Shown: positions 9,987 to 20,762, numbered from the stretch's first letter. The stretch is 50,293 bases of DNA from Methylococcaceae bacterium (GCA_049656545.1 JBASLW010000084.1:1-50293), one strand, 5' to 3'. Notes: generated by a model not told the origin, from the letters alone. Numbers and translations are program-made.

Positions 9987-11342
9987 TTACAACTTGATAT
10001 TCAACGAATGTAATTTTCGATACAAATGGGTGCGTTCCATCCCAACAGCAGCTGATAATTTCGCTACACTGCCGCCTGTTTTTTCAAAATGGTATTCCAA
10101 ATAGGCTTTTTCAAAATGGTCACGCGCTTCTTTCAATGGCAAATTAAAAAACTCAGGAATTGACGACAAAATCATCGAATCATTGGTAATTTTGCCCAAC
10201 GTATTTTTAACTTCATCTAATTCAACTTCTTCACCAACGCCTAAAATCATTAAGCGTTGCACCACATTTTTTAATTCACGCACATTACCCCGCCAACTGT
10301 AATTGCGTAAATAATTTTGTGCAGCCATCGAAAAACGTCGAAACGCTAATTTTTCATGTGTCACAAAATAATCAACGTAAAAATTCAACAACGCGGGAAC
10401 ATCTTCGCTATGTTCACGCAATGGCGGAATGTTAATCGTCACTTCGTTGAGCAAATAATACAATTCATGGCGAAAACGCCCGAAACGCACTTCTTCATCT
10501 AACGCCATTCGTGTCGAGGCAACAACATGAACATCCACATTGACCGCTTCACTTCCGCCAACACGCAAAAATGAACTTGATTCCAACGCGCTTAATAAAC
10601 GCAACTGGGTTTCTTTGTCCATATCACCGATTTCGCCCAAAAATAACGTGCCTTTATTTGCACGTTCAAGCAAACCTTTATAAACACGATGTCCATCTTC
10701 TTTGCCAAAAAACTCTACTGCCGAATTTTCAGGGGAAATACTACCGACCGCAACGTTAATAAACGCGCCATTTCGATGTGAACTGTTGTTGTGCAAATAA
10801 CGCGCATAAAGCTCTTTGCCAACGCCCGCTTCACCTGTAAATAAAACCCGTGTGTCATGTTGTGCAAGGCGTTTTAATTGATCTTTGATGCGCGATACCG
10901 CTGCACTTTTGCCAATTGGTTCAACATCAATATGGATATTTTGTGTAAGTCCCGCATTTTGCTGACCACTTTCTAAGGCTTTTTCGACAATTAGGAGTAA
11001 TTTCGCAAGCGATAGCGGTTTTTCTAAAAAGTCAAACGCACCTAAACGGGTTGCTTCAACTGCTGCTTCAACAGAGCCATGACCCGACATCATAATGACA
11101 GGACACAAGGATTTTTCTTCGGCAAGCCATTCTTTTAACAATGTGATACCGTCCGTGTCAGGCATCCAAATATCGAGCAAAATCAAATCAGGTTTTTCAG
11201 AAATTTTTAACGTTTTTGCAACAGTCGCATTTTCAGCCATGCTGACTTTGTAACCTTCATCTTCTAAAATTTCACTCACTAAATGGCGAATATCGTTTTC
11301 GTCGTCTACAACTAAAATGCGTGGGGCTTGATTACTGCTCAT
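9987..11342 (-). CDS. NtrC-family response regulator (REC-AAA+-Fis HTH) with degenerate AAA+ motifs
   Basis: REC domain (VVDDE, LLDIWMPD), Walker A GEAGVGKE, RELKNVVQR, and a C-terminal HTH (MERTHLYRKL). The GAFTGA loop is missing (FFGKEDGHRVYKGLLERA) and Walker B reads LFLGEI rather than LFLDEI. Confidence 0.85.
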   Translation of the reverse strand: MSSNQAPRILVVDDENDIRHLVSEILEDEGYKVSMAENATVAKTLKISEKPDLILLDIWMPDTDGITLLKEWLAEEKSLCPVIMMSGHGSVEAAVEATRLGAFDFLEKPLSLAKLLLIVEKALESGQQNAGLTQNIHIDVEPIGKSAAVSRIKDQLKRLAQHDTRVLFTGEAGVGKELYARYLHNNSSHRNGAFINVAVGSISPENSAVEFFGKEDGHRVYKGLLERANKGTLFLGEIGDMDKETQLRLLSALESSSFLRVGGSEAVNVDVHVVASTRMALDEEVRFGRFRHELYYLLNEVTINIPPLREHSEDVPALLNFYVDYFVTHEKLAFRRFSMAAQNYLRNYSWRGNVRELKNVVQRLMILGVGEEVELDEVKNTLGKITNDSMILSSIPEFFNLPLKEARDHFEKAYLEYHFEKTGGSVAKLSAAVGMERTHLYRKLHSLNIKL

Positions 11343-11351
11343 AATAATTTT

Positions 11352-12767
11352 TTACCTTGGGTCAAAAACGAACGTGAACGACTTAAATTCGCGTGCAAAT
11401 AATTCTTTATCTTGTGGAATAGGTAATGGCGACGCGCTATTCACCGCATTTTCGGCGGAACGGTCAAAAATTTCATCGCCGCTACTGCGTTCAATGGTGA
11501 CATCTAAAACTGTTCCATCTGCGGCTAAACGTACACGAATCGTACATTTTAAATTTGCACTATCGGGTGGACGTGTCCAACGGCTATTCACTTTTTGTTT
11601 GATTGCCATCATCGCTTTTGCTTTTGCTTCGGCTTGCGCATTTGCTGCCGCTGCGGCCGCCGCTTTTGCGTTGGCAGCAGCAGCGGCTTGTTGCGCAGCT
11701 TCTATTCTTGCAGCATCAGCAGCGGCACGTTCAGCGGCTTGTTTCGCTAAGGCATCAGCACGCGCTTTTTCATTTGCTGCGCGTTCGGCATCAGCTCTGG
11801 CGGCAGCGTCTTTCGCCGCTTTTTCAGTTGCTTGTTTAGCTGCCGCTTCTGCTTTCGCTGCTTGTGCTTTTTCGTTAGCTATTTTTTCAGCTTCTGCTTT
11901 TTTCACAGCGTCTTTTTTAGCTTGTGCTTCAGCGGCTTTTTTTGCTTCGGCTTTTGCCTCGGTATCCGCTTTTTTCGCTTCTAATTTTTCTTTTTCAGCC
12001 GCTAACTTTTTAGCTTCCGATTCCGCTTTTTTAGCAGCTTCTTTTTCATCTGCTAATTTTTCTGCTTTTTCAGCGGCTAACTTTTTAGCTTCCGATTCCG
12101 CTTTTTTAGCGGCTTCTTTTTCTTCCGCTAATTTTTCTGCTTTTTCAGCCGCTTTTTTCGCTTCTTCGGCTTTTTTCATGGCAGCTTTTTCAGTCGCTTC
12201 TTTTTCGTATTCGGCTTTTTTAGCGTCTTCTGCTTCTTTTGATTTAATGCGCTCAATTGCTTTTTTCGCTTCTGCTACTTTTTGCGCTTCAACTTTTTCT
12301 GTTGCCAATTTTTCTGCTTTTACCTGCGCTTCTTTTTGTGCTTTTTCAGCCGCCACTTTTTTGGCTTCCTCGGCTTTTTCAACCGCCATTTTCTTAATCG
12401 CTTCAGATTTTTTAGCAGCTTCTTCGACTTTCGCCAGAGCCGCCGCTTGTTTTGCCGCAAAATCTTCTTTGGGTTTTGGCGGTTCAACAGGTTTTGGTGG
12501 CTCAATCACAGGTTTTGGTTCTTCAACAACAGGCGGGGGCAGCGGCGTTGGTTCTGGAATTGGTTCTGGCGCAGGCTGTTCGATAGGTGGAACAGGTTTG
12601 GGAGGCGGTGCGTTTAATTCCACCATCGTGGCGTGAATAATTTCAGGTTCAGGCGGTGGTGGTGGCGGAGCGGGTTTGTAAATTGCGCTCAACGCAAATA
12701 ACGCCAATAGCGTTAAATGAAACGCTAACGCTAAAAAAAACGGTTTTGAAAATTTTTGATTAGACAT
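11352..12767 (-). CDS. tolA: Tol-Pal system protein TolA
   Basis: N-terminal TM anchor, a Pro-rich segment, a long Lys/Ala/Glu-rich helical domain II and a conserved C-terminal domain III. It follows tolQ-tolR. Confidence 0.85.
   Translation of the reverse strand: MSNQKFSKPFFLALAFHLTLLALFALSAIYKPAPPPPPPEPEIIHATMVELNAPPPKPVPPIEQPAPEPIPEPTPLPPPVVEEPKPVIEPPKPVEPPKPKEDFAAKQAAALAKVEEAAKKSEAIKKMAVEKAEEAKKVAAEKAQKEAQVKAEKLATEKVEAQKVAEAKKAIERIKSKEAEDAKKAEYEKEATEKAAMKKAEEAKKAAEKAEKLAEEKEAAKKAESEAKKLAAEKAEKLADEKEAAKKAESEAKKLAAEKEKLEAKKADTEAKAEAKKAAEAQAKKDAVKKAEAEKIANEKAQAAKAEAAAKQATEKAAKDAAARADAERAANEKARADALAKQAAERAAADAARIEAAQQAAAAANAKAAAAAAANAQAEAKAKAMMAIKQKVNSRWTRPPDSANLKCTIRVRLAADGTVLDVTIERSSGDEIFDRSAENAVNSASPLPIPQDKELFAREFKSFTFVFDPR
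12001..12150. repeat. 75-bp tandem duplication inside tolA (25-aa unit)
   Basis: 12001-12075 and 12076-12150 differ at about 4 positions. They encode AEKAEKLA(E/D)EKEAAKKAESEAKKLA twice. Confidence 0.85.
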
Positions 12768-12775
12768 TGAAGCCG

Positions 12776-13210
12776 TTAATCATCTGATTTAGTTTGCAAA
12801 CCCACGCTTGGCACGCCTGCACTTTTTAACGCATTCATCGCCACAACGACTGTGCCGTAATCAACATCTTTATCGGCGTTAATTAAGACTTGGGTTTCTG
12901 GTTTATTTTTTAAAACCGCTTCGACACGCGGAAAAATTTGGTCTTTTTCAATCGGTTCATCGTCTTCAGTACCGATTTTAATAAAGTAATTTCCACTTTT
13001 TTGAATCGAAATTACTAGCGGGGGAGTATCTTCTTTTTGGTCAATCATCGCCGCTTGCGCTCGTGGTAAATCAACTTCCACGCCCGATTGCAACATTGGC
13101 GTTGTCACCATAAAAATAATCAACAACACCAGTGTTACGTCAATATATGGCACGACGTTAATTTCTGCCATCGGACGGCGACGACCTGCTTTTTTATTAT
13201 TTACGTTCAT
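12776..13210 (-). CDS. tolR: Tol-Pal system protein TolR (ExbD/TolR family)
   Basis: 144 aa with INVVPYIDVTLVLLIIFMVT. Its start overlaps the tolQ stop by 4 nt. Confidence 0.9.
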   Translation of the reverse strand: MNVNNKKAGRRRPMAEINVVPYIDVTLVLLIIFMVTTPMLQSGVEVDLPRAQAAMIDQKEDTPPLVISIQKSGNYFIKIGTEDDEPIEKDQIFPRVEAVLKNKPETQVLINADKDVDYGTVVVAMNALKSAGVPSVGLQTKSDD

Positions 13211-13884
13211 TTACTGTGCGCCTGTCTTTGCAATAATACGATAAATTCTTCAACAAATAATTCATAACGTCCTGTTAATCTGTCCAAACGAGTCGAAAAA
13301 CGGTTGTAGGCAACAACGGCTGGAATCGCGGCAAATAAACCAATCGCCGTAGCTACTAACGCCTCTGCAATACCAGGCGCAACGGTAGCAATCGTGGCTT
13401 GTTTGACGTTTCCTAAACCCATAAACGAGTTCATAATCCCCCAAACTGTGCCGAATAAACCGACATAAGGACTGGTTGAACCGACAGTTGCTAAAAATGC
13501 CAAATGTTCATCCAAGCGGTCAAGTTCACGCAATAATTCAATTCGCATCACACGCTGTGCGCTTTCGACTTGCACCGCTGGTTCAACGTTGCCACTCAAA
13601 CGCATTCTTGAAAATTCTTTGTAACCTGCTAAAAATATTTTTTCGATACCTTCTGGCTCAAAATCTTTTGCTGCAAGTTTTCGATAAAGTTCCGATAACG
13701 AAACACCTGACCAAAATTGTTCTTCAAATTCGTCAGTAATTTCAATGGCGCGATTAAGTTCTTTGCGTTTGGAAAAAATAAATGTCCATGACACAAGTGA
13801 TGCGGTAAATAAAATCAGCATCACAAATTGCACCACAAAACTGGCTTCGGTGATTAAATGGAAAATCGATAAATCAGTGTTCAT
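13207..13884 (-). CDS. tolQ: Tol-Pal system protein TolQ (MotA/TolQ/ExbB channel)
   Basis: 225 aa, three TM segments, GLFGTVWGIMNSF and APGIAEALVATAIGL. Confidence 0.9.
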   Translation of the reverse strand: MNTDLSIFHLITEASFVVQFVMLILFTASLVSWTFIFSKRKELNRAIEITDEFEEQFWSGVSLSELYRKLAAKDFEPEGIEKIFLAGYKEFSRMRLSGNVEPAVQVESAQRVMRIELLRELDRLDEHLAFLATVGSTSPYVGLFGTVWGIMNSFMGLGNVKQATIATVAPGIAEALVATAIGLFAAIPAVVAYNRFSTRLDRLTGRYELFVEEFIVLLQRQAHSK

Positions 13885-14290
13885 TGGTTTCAGTTAAAAA
13901 TTGTTTTAATAAAAAATCGGGAATCGCTTTAGGGCTTAATCTGTTTGAATCTAAACAAGCAATTTTACAACTTGCTGTACAAAGTGTGACCTCGTCGCGC
14001 TTAATACTTTGTTCAAACGTCAAACTGGCTTTTTTTGTTTGGCTAATTGTCGCACTAACTTGAACTAAATCGTTAAATTTTGCTGGGCTTAAATACTCAA
14101 TTTGCATACTTCTGACAGCAAAAATAACGCCATATTCTTCGCGTAATTCATTTTGTTGAAATCCTAAATTACGCAACATTTCAGTTCGCGTGCGTTCAAA
14201 AAAATTTAAGTAATTTGAATGATACACCACACCGCCAGCGTCGGTATCTTCGTAATAAACGCGAATTGGTAAAATAAAGGGAATTTTCAT
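13874..14290 (-). CDS. ybgC: Tol-Pal-associated acyl-CoA thioesterase YbgC (4HBT hotdog fold)
   Basis: 138 aa with [21 protein letters not shown]. Sits directly upstream of tolQ. Confidence 0.85.
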   Translation of the reverse strand: MKIPFILPIRVYYEDTDAGGVVYHSNYLNFFERTRTEMLRNLGFQQNELREEYGVIFAVRSMQIEYLSPAKFNDLVQVSATISQTKKASLTFEQSIKRDEVTLCTASCKIACLDSNRLSPKAIPDFLLKQFLTETNEH

Positions 14291-15324
14291 GATTCAAATA
14301 AATCTACATTGGTTGCCAGCACTTTGGGGGCTGTCAAACCAAAATGCAAATAGGCGGCTGACGTAGCAACTCGTCCACGCGGTGTTCGCATAATAAAACC
14401 TTGTTGCAACAAATACGGTTCTAAAACATCTTCAATTGTGCCACGTTCTTCGCTAATTGCTGCCGCCATCGTATCTAAACCGACAGGACCACCTGAAAAA
14501 TTCTCAATTAACGTTAATAAAAATTTTCTGTCCAAACTGTCAAAACCATTTTCATCAACTTTTAACATTGTTAAGGCTTCAGCGGCGACTTGTTGAGTAA
14601 TAATTCCGTTACTTTTCACTTGAGCAAAATCGCGTACACGACGTAATAAACGGTTTGCAATACGAGGCGTTCCGCGTGAACGTTTGGCAATTTCGTGTGC
14701 GCCTTTTGATTCGATGCCCATTTTTAAAACGTGTGCCGAGCGCGTGACGATGTGAGTTAGTTCTTCGATAGTGTAAAAAACCAAACGTTGCACAATTCCA
14801 AATCTATCACGCAAGGGTGAAGTTAATAAACCCGCGCGAGTTGTTGCACCAATCAATGTAAAAGGCGGTAAATCAATTTTAATCGACCGTGCTGACGCAC
14901 CTTCACCAATCATTAAATCGAGCTGATAATCTTCCATTGCAGGATACAAAATTTCTTCCACAGCAGGACTTAAACGGTGAATTTCATCGATAAACAACAC
15001 ATCGTGTTTTTCTAAATTGGTCAATAAGGCAGCTAAATCCCCTGCTTTTTCTAACACAGGCGCGGCAGTTTGACGTAAATTTACACCCATTTCGTTGGCG
15101 ATAATCAACGCTAACGTGGTTTTTCCTAAACCTGGTGGACCAAAAATTAACGTATGGTCAAGAGCTTCTTGTCGCGCCATTGCCGCTTGAATAAAAATTT
15201 CCATTTGCGTGCGACATTCTTCTTGTCCAACGTAATCAACTAATTTTTTCGGACGCATTGCACGGTCATGACCTTCTTCACCCTGCCCTGCATTTGCTGT
15301 AATTAAACGGTCTTCTTCAATCAT
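14287..15324 (-). CDS. ruvB: Holliday junction branch migration helicase RuvB
   Basis: 345 aa with [17 protein letters not shown] and [15 protein letters not shown]. Confidence 0.97.
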   Translation of the reverse strand: MIEEDRLITANAGQGEEGHDRAMRPKKLVDYVGQEECRTQMEIFIQAAMARQEALDHTLIFGPPGLGKTTLALIIANEMGVNLRQTAAPVLEKAGDLAALLTNLEKHDVLFIDEIHRLSPAVEEILYPAMEDYQLDLMIGEGASARSIKIDLPPFTLIGATTRAGLLTSPLRDRFGIVQRLVFYTIEELTHIVTRSAHVLKMGIESKGAHEIAKRSRGTPRIANRLLRRVRDFAQVKSNGIITQQVAAEALTMLKVDENGFDSLDRKFLLTLIENFSGGPVGLDTMAAAISEERGTIEDVLEPYLLQQGFIMRTPRGRVATSAAYLHFGLTAPKVLATNVDLFES

Positions 15325-15899
15325 TTCACGGCACTTTGTAACGCTAATCGAATAATCGTTTCACAATTTTTGCCTTCGGGTTGAATCGCAGAAACCATGC
15401 GGCTGGCATCAAGTGGTTTATAACCTAATGAACATAATGCACTGATTGCTTCTTCGCGTGCGTTTCCGATACTTGCAATTTGCGGGGCATTTTCAATTTT
15501 TGGCAATTTGTCGCGCAATTCGATTACCAAACGTTCAGCCGTTTTTTTTCCAACACCAGGTAATTTCACTAACGCGGCTATATCATTATTTTGAATGCAC
15601 ATTTGAAATTGCGCCGCCGTTTGACCAGACAAAATCGCCAACGCCATTTTCGCGCCAACACCACTAATTTTAATCAATGTTTTAAACATTATTTTGTCGG
15701 ATTCAGTCATAAATCCAAACAAACTATGAGCATCTTCACGAACAATTAAATGGGTTTGCAACGTAATTTCTGCACCAATTTCGGGTAAATCATAAAACAC
15801 TGTCATTGGGGCTTCGATTTCATAACCCACGCCATTTATATCTAACACAATAAGCGGTGGAGCTTTCAAAGCGATTTTGCCACGCAAAAATCCAATCAT
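15321..15899 (-). CDS. ruvA: Holliday junction DNA-binding protein RuvA
   Basis: MIGFLRGKI is the conserved RuvA N-terminus, with HhH motifs ([23 protein letters not shown]). The internal ATG at 15899 is preferred because it overlaps the ruvC stop; the ORF-track start at 15953 would add 18 non-conserved residues. Confidence 0.9.
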   Translation of the reverse strand: MIGFLRGKIALKAPPLIVLDINGVGYEIEAPMTVFYDLPEIGAEITLQTHLIVREDAHSLFGFMTESDKIMFKTLIKISGVGAKMALAILSGQTAAQFQMCIQNNDIAALVKLPGVGKKTAERLVIELRDKLPKIENAPQIASIGNAREEAISALCSLGYKPLDASRMVSAIQPEGKNCETIIRLALQSAVK

Positions 15900-16393
15900 T
15901 GTTTCATTCCAATTTGTAGACGTTGTTGGGTTTGATAAAAATTCGCGTGACAAATTGCAATCCCTAAAGCGTCGCTCGCGTCGATTTGCAATTCACCTTG
16001 AATGTTCAAAAGCAATTTAACCATTTGCTGAACTTGTAATTTATCTGCGCTACCTTTACCAACAATCGCTAATTTGACTTCACGCGCGGCATATTCAAAA
16101 ATTGAAATATCGCGCGTTTGCACCGCACAAATTGCCGCGCCACGCGCTTGTCCGAGTTTCAACGCAGAATCGGCATTTTTGCCCATAAAAACCTGTTCAA
16201 TTGCCATGTGTTCGGGCTGATATTTTTCGACAAGCTGTAAAATACCATCAAAAATTTGTTTAAGTTTTTTTGGAAAATCATCAGCTTGAATTTTTAAAAC
16301 ACCGCTAGAAACATAACGATAACCGTTTGGCAACGTTTCAATAATTCCATAACCTGTTAAACGTGAACCTGGGTCGATACCTAAAATTTTCAA
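15896..16393 (-). CDS. ruvC: Crossover junction endodeoxyribonuclease RuvC
   Basis: 165 aa with [16 protein letters not shown], and the conserved region with catalytic acidic residues near the C-terminus ([10 protein letters not shown]). Confidence 0.95.
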   Translation of the reverse strand: MKILGIDPGSRLTGYGIIETLPNGYRYVSSGVLKIQADDFPKKLKQIFDGILQLVEKYQPEHMAIEQVFMGKNADSALKLGQARGAAICAVQTRDISIFEYAAREVKLAIVGKGSADKLQVQQMVKLLLNIQGELQIDASDALGIAICHANFYQTQQRLQIGMKQ

Positions 16394-17136
16394 CCCATTG
16401 TCGCCATAATTTCGTCGCTAATATCGCCATTTGAATACACGTTTTGCACGTCATCCAAATCTTCCAAACGTTCAATTAAGAGCATCATTTTTTCAGCATT
16501 TTCTTTATCTAATTCAGCTTTTACTTCTGCTTGCATGGTGATTTCAGAACTTTCAGGTTCAAAACCTGCCGCGACCAATGCTTCTTTGACGTTTAAATAA
16601 TTTTCAAGTGTCGTCAACACGTCTTTTGAACCGTCGTCATTGGTGACAACATCGTCTGCACCAGCTTCAATCGCGGCTTCCATTAACGCATCTTCGTCAA
16701 TTTCTGCGCTGTAACTAACAATGCCGAGTTTGTTAAACATATAAGCAACCGAACCATCTGTGCCTAAGTTTCCACCTGATTTACTGAACGCATGACGAAC
16801 TTCACCAACAGTGCGTTGTTTATTGTCGGTTAAACAATCGACGATAACCGCAACACCGCCTGCGCCATAACCTTCATAACGAATTGATTCATAATTCACG
16901 CCTTCGAGTGTACCTGAGGCTTTTTTAATTGCATTATCAATTGTGTCACGACGCATATTCGCACCTAATGCTTTATCAATTGCAGTACGTAACGCTGGAT
17001 TGCTAGACGGATCAGCTCCTGCACTTTTTACAGCGACATTTAACTCGCGTAATACTTTGGTGAAAATTTTTGCCCGTTGTGCATCTTGTCCTGCTTTACG
17101 GTGTTTGATATTTGCCCATTTACTGTGACCAGCCAT
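16390..17136 (-). CDS. yebC: YebC/PmpR family DNA-binding transcriptional regulator
   Basis: 248 aa starting [14 protein letters not shown], the family-defining N-terminus. Confidence 0.95.
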   Translation of the reverse strand: MAGHSKWANIKHRKAGQDAQRAKIFTKVLRELNVAVKSAGADPSSNPALRTAIDKALGANMRRDTIDNAIKKASGTLEGVNYESIRYEGYGAGGVAVIVDCLTDNKQRTVGEVRHAFSKSGGNLGTDGSVAYMFNKLGIVSYSAEIDEDALMEAAIEAGADDVVTNDDGSKDVLTTLENYLNVKEALVAAGFEPESSEITMQAEVKAELDKENAEKMMLLIERLEDLDDVQNVYSNGDISDEIMATMG

Positions 17137-17185
17137 GTTGCTTTTTTCTCCTAAAATTTTTGAAATGAAAATTGTGATTTTTTAC

Positions 17186-18265
17186 TTAATGCGTGCGCTC
17201 AAATTCTTGCATAAATGCAATTAACGCATCAACGCCGCTTTCTGGCATAGCGTTGTAAATGCTGGCACGCATTCCACCAACGGAACGATGTCCTTTTAAT
17301 TCGTTTAAACCTGCCGCTTCAGCCGCTATTAAAAAGGCTTTATCCAACGATTCATCTGCCAAAATAAACGGTACATTCATGCGTGAACGAAACGCTAAAT
17401 CGACAGGATTTTTATACAACGTTGAATTATCAATAGCTTGATAAAGTTTTCCTGCTTTTTCGATATTACGCTGTTCCATTGCAGCCACGCCGCCTTGTGC
17501 TTGTACCCATTTCAAAACTAAACCCATTAAATACCAGCTGTAAGTCGTTGGCGTATTTAACATGGATTGATTTTTGGCTTGTTCTGCGTAGTTGAAAACG
17601 GGCGGAACTAATTTTGAACATTTGCCGAGTAAATCATCACGCACAATCACAACTGTCACACCTGCTGCGCCCATATTTTTTTGACTGCCTGCGTAAATCA
17701 AACCAAAGTCATTCACATCAACAGGACGTGAAAGTATGTTTGATGACATATCACAAACCAGCGGCAAACCTTTTGAATCAGGGGTTGCATTAAATTCAAC
17801 ACCATGAATCGTTTCGTTTGAGGTGTAATGCAAATAGGCGGCTTCGGTGTCGATTTCCCACGTTGAAACGTCTGGAATTGTAGTGAAATTGCTGTTTTCA
17901 GAACTCGCACTAACCATAGCTTCACAATATGGCTTTGCATCTTTAATCGCTTTTTCTGACCACGCTCCTGTTTTGACATAACAGGCTTTTGTTTTATCGC
18001 CTAAAAGATTTTGTGGAATGAATGAAAATTGTGCTGACGCACCACCTTGTAAAAATAACACTTGGTAATTTTGCGGAATGTTAATTAAAGCGCGTAAATC
18101 AGCGTCTAATTCAGCGGCAATGCTTGAAAATTGTTTGCCGCGATGACTCATTTCCATGACTGACATTCCACTTCCCCGCCAATCGAGCATTTCTTCTTTT
18201 GCTTGCTGTAAAACGGCTTCAGGTAATGTAGAAGGTCCAGCACTAAAATTGTAAATTCTTGTCAT
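17186..18265 (-). CDS. serC: 3-phosphoserine/phosphohydroxythreonine aminotransferase
   Basis: 359 aa with NFSAGPSTLP, FLQGGAS and the GSQKNMGAAG PLP-lysine region. Confidence 0.95.
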   Translation of the reverse strand: MTRIYNFSAGPSTLPEAVLQQAKEEMLDWRGSGMSVMEMSHRGKQFSSIAAELDADLRALINIPQNYQVLFLQGGASAQFSFIPQNLLGDKTKACYVKTGAWSEKAIKDAKPYCEAMVSASSENSNFTTIPDVSTWEIDTEAAYLHYTSNETIHGVEFNATPDSKGLPLVCDMSSNILSRPVDVNDFGLIYAGSQKNMGAAGVTVVIVRDDLLGKCSKLVPPVFNYAEQAKNQSMLNTPTTYSWYLMGLVLKWVQAQGGVAAMEQRNIEKAGKLYQAIDNSTLYKNPVDLAFRSRMNVPFILADESLDKAFLIAAEAAGLNELKGHRSVGGMRASIYNAMPESGVDALIAFMQEFERTH

Positions 18266-18295
18266 TTTTTAATTCTCTAAAAGTTGAAAATTTGT

Positions 18296-19009
18296 TTAAT
18301 TTGTTCGCCATAAACTATTTTTAATCGAATCTAAACGTGCTTCATGCGCTTGTAATTCTTCATCTATGCAACGCAAAACGGGTAATGGCGCACGATTTCC
18401 TAATACACGAATGATATTTTGTGTTGATGCGGTGATATTTTGGATTGCATTTTCGTTTTCATTCATGAGCGAAAATTGCCCGCCCGTCATCGCTAAAAAA
18501 ACATCTGCTAAAATTTGTGCATCAAGCAACGCGCCGTGTAATTCACGATGTGTATTATCAACATTATAACGTTTGCAAAGCGCATCTAAATTATTACGTT
18601 GCGAAGGATGTCGTTTTTTTGCATCCTCAAGCGTATCGAAAATAGTACAAATACTTTCAATTGGCGCAAACTTTAGTAAATCAACAAGTTCATAATTCAA
18701 AAATCCAACATCAAAAGGTGCGTTATGAATAATTAACTCTGCGCCACGAATGTAATCTAAAAATGTAGGAGCAATTTGTGAAAAAGTGGGTTTATCTGCT
18801 AAAAATTGGCTTGTAATTCCATGAACCCTCAACGCGCCTTCTTCGCTTTCACGTTGCGGATTGATATAAACATGAAAATTATTACCTGTTAATCGGCGGT
18901 CAATCAATTCAACACAGCCGATTTCAAGAATTCGATTTCCATCTTTAGTGCTTAAACCAGTGGTTTCGGTATCGAGAACAATTAAGCGCGAAGCGTGTGT
19001 GTTTTCCAT
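18296..19009 (-). CDS. dnaQ: DNA polymerase III epsilon subunit (3-5 exonuclease)
   Basis: 237 aa with the Exo motifs LDTETTGL, IHNAPFDVGFL and HGALLDAQILADV. Confidence 0.9.
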   Translation of the reverse strand: MENTHASRLIVLDTETTGLSTKDGNRILEIGCVELIDRRLTGNNFHVYINPQRESEEGALRVHGITSQFLADKPTFSQIAPTFLDYIRGAELIIHNAPFDVGFLNYELVDLLKFAPIESICTIFDTLEDAKKRHPSQRNNLDALCKRYNVDNTHRELHGALLDAQILADVFLAMTGGQFSLMNENENAIQNITASTQNIIRVLGNRAPLPVLRCIDEELQAHEARLDSIKNSLWRTN

Positions 19010-20745
19010 TATTTTTCACTCTCACTAAATTGAATTGCGTGTAAACGCGAATACGCACCATTTTTTGCCAGTAATTCTTGATGTGAACCTTCTTCAACAA
19101 TTTGCCCTGAATCAATCACTAAAATTTTGTCTGCATTTTCAATTGTTGATAAACGGTGTGCGATAACAAGTGTTGTGCGATTGCCCATCACTTTTTGTAA
19201 CGCGCTTTGAATGTAACGCTCAGATTCTGTATCAAGTGCAGAGGTTGCTTCATCCAAAATCAAAAGTGGAGCATCTTTTAATAATGCCCTTGCTAAGGCT
19301 AATCGTTGGCGTTGCCCACCTGATAATTTCACTCCATTTTCACCAATTTTAGTTTCTAAACCTTGTTCAAATTTGTTGATAAATTCAATGGCATAAGCGT
19401 CCGTCGCCGCTTGGATAATGTCTTCACGACTTGCACCCGCTAAACTCCCGTAAGCGATATTGCTGGCAATCGTATCGTTAAACAACGTAACTTGTTGATT
19501 TACTAGCGCGATTTGACCCCGTAAATTTGCCAATTTGTAGGCATTGATATTCACGCCATCAAGCAAAATTTCACCAATTTCGTAACGATAAAAACGGGAA
19601 ACTAAATTTACTAGCGTACTTTTCCCGCCACCTGATGCACCCACTAACGCAATCGTTTCACCTGCTTTTGCAGTAAAACTAACATTTTGCAACGTGGGTT
19701 CTTCGCAATTTTCGTAATAAAACGTCACGTTTTTAAATTCTAAATTGCCATCACAACGCGATACGCTATAAACACCATCATCAATTTCAATCGCTTCATC
19801 TAATACTTGAAATACCGATTCTGCCGCGACGATACCACGTTGAATGTCGCTATTTGCATCGCTAAGTTGGCGAAGCGGACGCGGCAATAAAAATGCGGCT
19901 GTTAAATATCCAACAAATGAACCTACACTGGCTTCTTCCATAAAAAATAATGCCGCATACATCAAAATAGCGAGAGCAATCGCAATAATTAATTGCATTA
20001 ACTGATTATGCAGTGAAGATGTACTGGTTACTTTCAATGATTGACGACGAGTGTATTCGCTGCTTTTAATAAAACGTTGTTGCTCGTAGCTTTCGCCGCC
20101 GTAACTTCGCACAACACGATGTCCATTTACTAATTCAGATGTGATATGCGTCATATCGCCAATAGATTGTTGAATTTTTTTGCTCAACATCCGCAAACGC
20201 TTACTAACGTAACGCACAAGCCACGCAATAATAGGCGCAACAACTAAAAAAATAAGCGATAAACGCCAATTCAAATAAAACAAATAAACTAACAAACCCA
20301 AAGCTGTTAATCCTTCTTGCACAACTTTTCGCACTGCATCGGTAGTTGCTTGCGCGACTTGATTCACATTGTGCGTAATTCGCGCAATCATGTAACCGCT
20401 ATTATTTGAATCAAAATGGGCTGTTGGCAATTGCGTATATTTTGCAAAAATTTCACAGCGCAACGTGTGAATCACGTTTAATGACACTTTTGCTAAAAAA
20501 TAATTGCCTAAATACGCGCCAATGCCTCGCAACACAATTAAACCGCTAAATAACAACGGCAAGTAATACAATTTTTCATGTAATTTAGCTTGCAACGCAT
20601 CAATGATTTCTTGAATTAACTGCGCGAATAACGGTTGTGTTACGGAATAAATCAAAAAACCAATAATACTAATAAAGAAAAATCTTCGATGAGGTTTGAC
20701 GTAAGTAAGTAGACGTTTGTAAATTTCTAGGTTGGTTTTTTGCAT
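19009..20745 (-). CDS. msbA: Lipid A export ABC transporter MsbA (permease/ATPase)
   Basis: 578 aa. N-terminal six-TM domain, Walker A GASGGGKST, signature LSGGQRQR and Walker B LILDEATS. Confidence 0.85.
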   Translation of the reverse strand: MQKTNLEIYKRLLTYVKPHRRFFFISIIGFLIYSVTQPLFAQLIQEIIDALQAKLHEKLYYLPLLFSGLIVLRGIGAYLGNYFLAKVSLNVIHTLRCEIFAKYTQLPTAHFDSNNSGYMIARITHNVNQVAQATTDAVRKVVQEGLTALGLLVYLFYLNWRLSLIFLVVAPIIAWLVRYVSKRLRMLSKKIQQSIGDMTHITSELVNGHRVVRSYGGESYEQQRFIKSSEYTRRQSLKVTSTSSLHNQLMQLIIAIALAILMYAALFFMEEASVGSFVGYLTAAFLLPRPLRQLSDANSDIQRGIVAAESVFQVLDEAIEIDDGVYSVSRCDGNLEFKNVTFYYENCEEPTLQNVSFTAKAGETIALVGASGGGKSTLVNLVSRFYRYEIGEILLDGVNINAYKLANLRGQIALVNQQVTLFNDTIASNIAYGSLAGASREDIIQAATDAYAIEFINKFEQGLETKIGENGVKLSGGQRQRLALARALLKDAPLLILDEATSALDTESERYIQSALQKVMGNRTTLVIAHRLSTIENADKILVIDSGQIVEEGSHQELLAKNGAYSRLHAIQFSESEK

Positions 20746-20762
20746 AAATTTAACGGATATTC

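Noticed and set aside
11374-12636. A 420-aa plus-strand ORF (Ala/Ser/Phe-rich) and shorter ORFs at 11603-11839, 12282-12617 and 12320-12505.
   Set aside because: They are mirror or alternative-frame artefacts of the low-complexity Lys/Ala/Glu-coding repeats of tolA. The tolA frame has the TM anchor, Pro-rich hinge and conserved C-terminal domain, plus operon context.
15900-15953. N-terminal extensions suggested by the ORF track for ruvA (15953), bluB (35023), the MCP (29596), aat (2668) and the Thr-P decarboxylase (36929, TTG).
   Set aside because: In each case an internal ATG coincides with the conserved protein N-terminus and/or with stop-start coupling or an RBS. The extensions overlap upstream genes or lack conservation.
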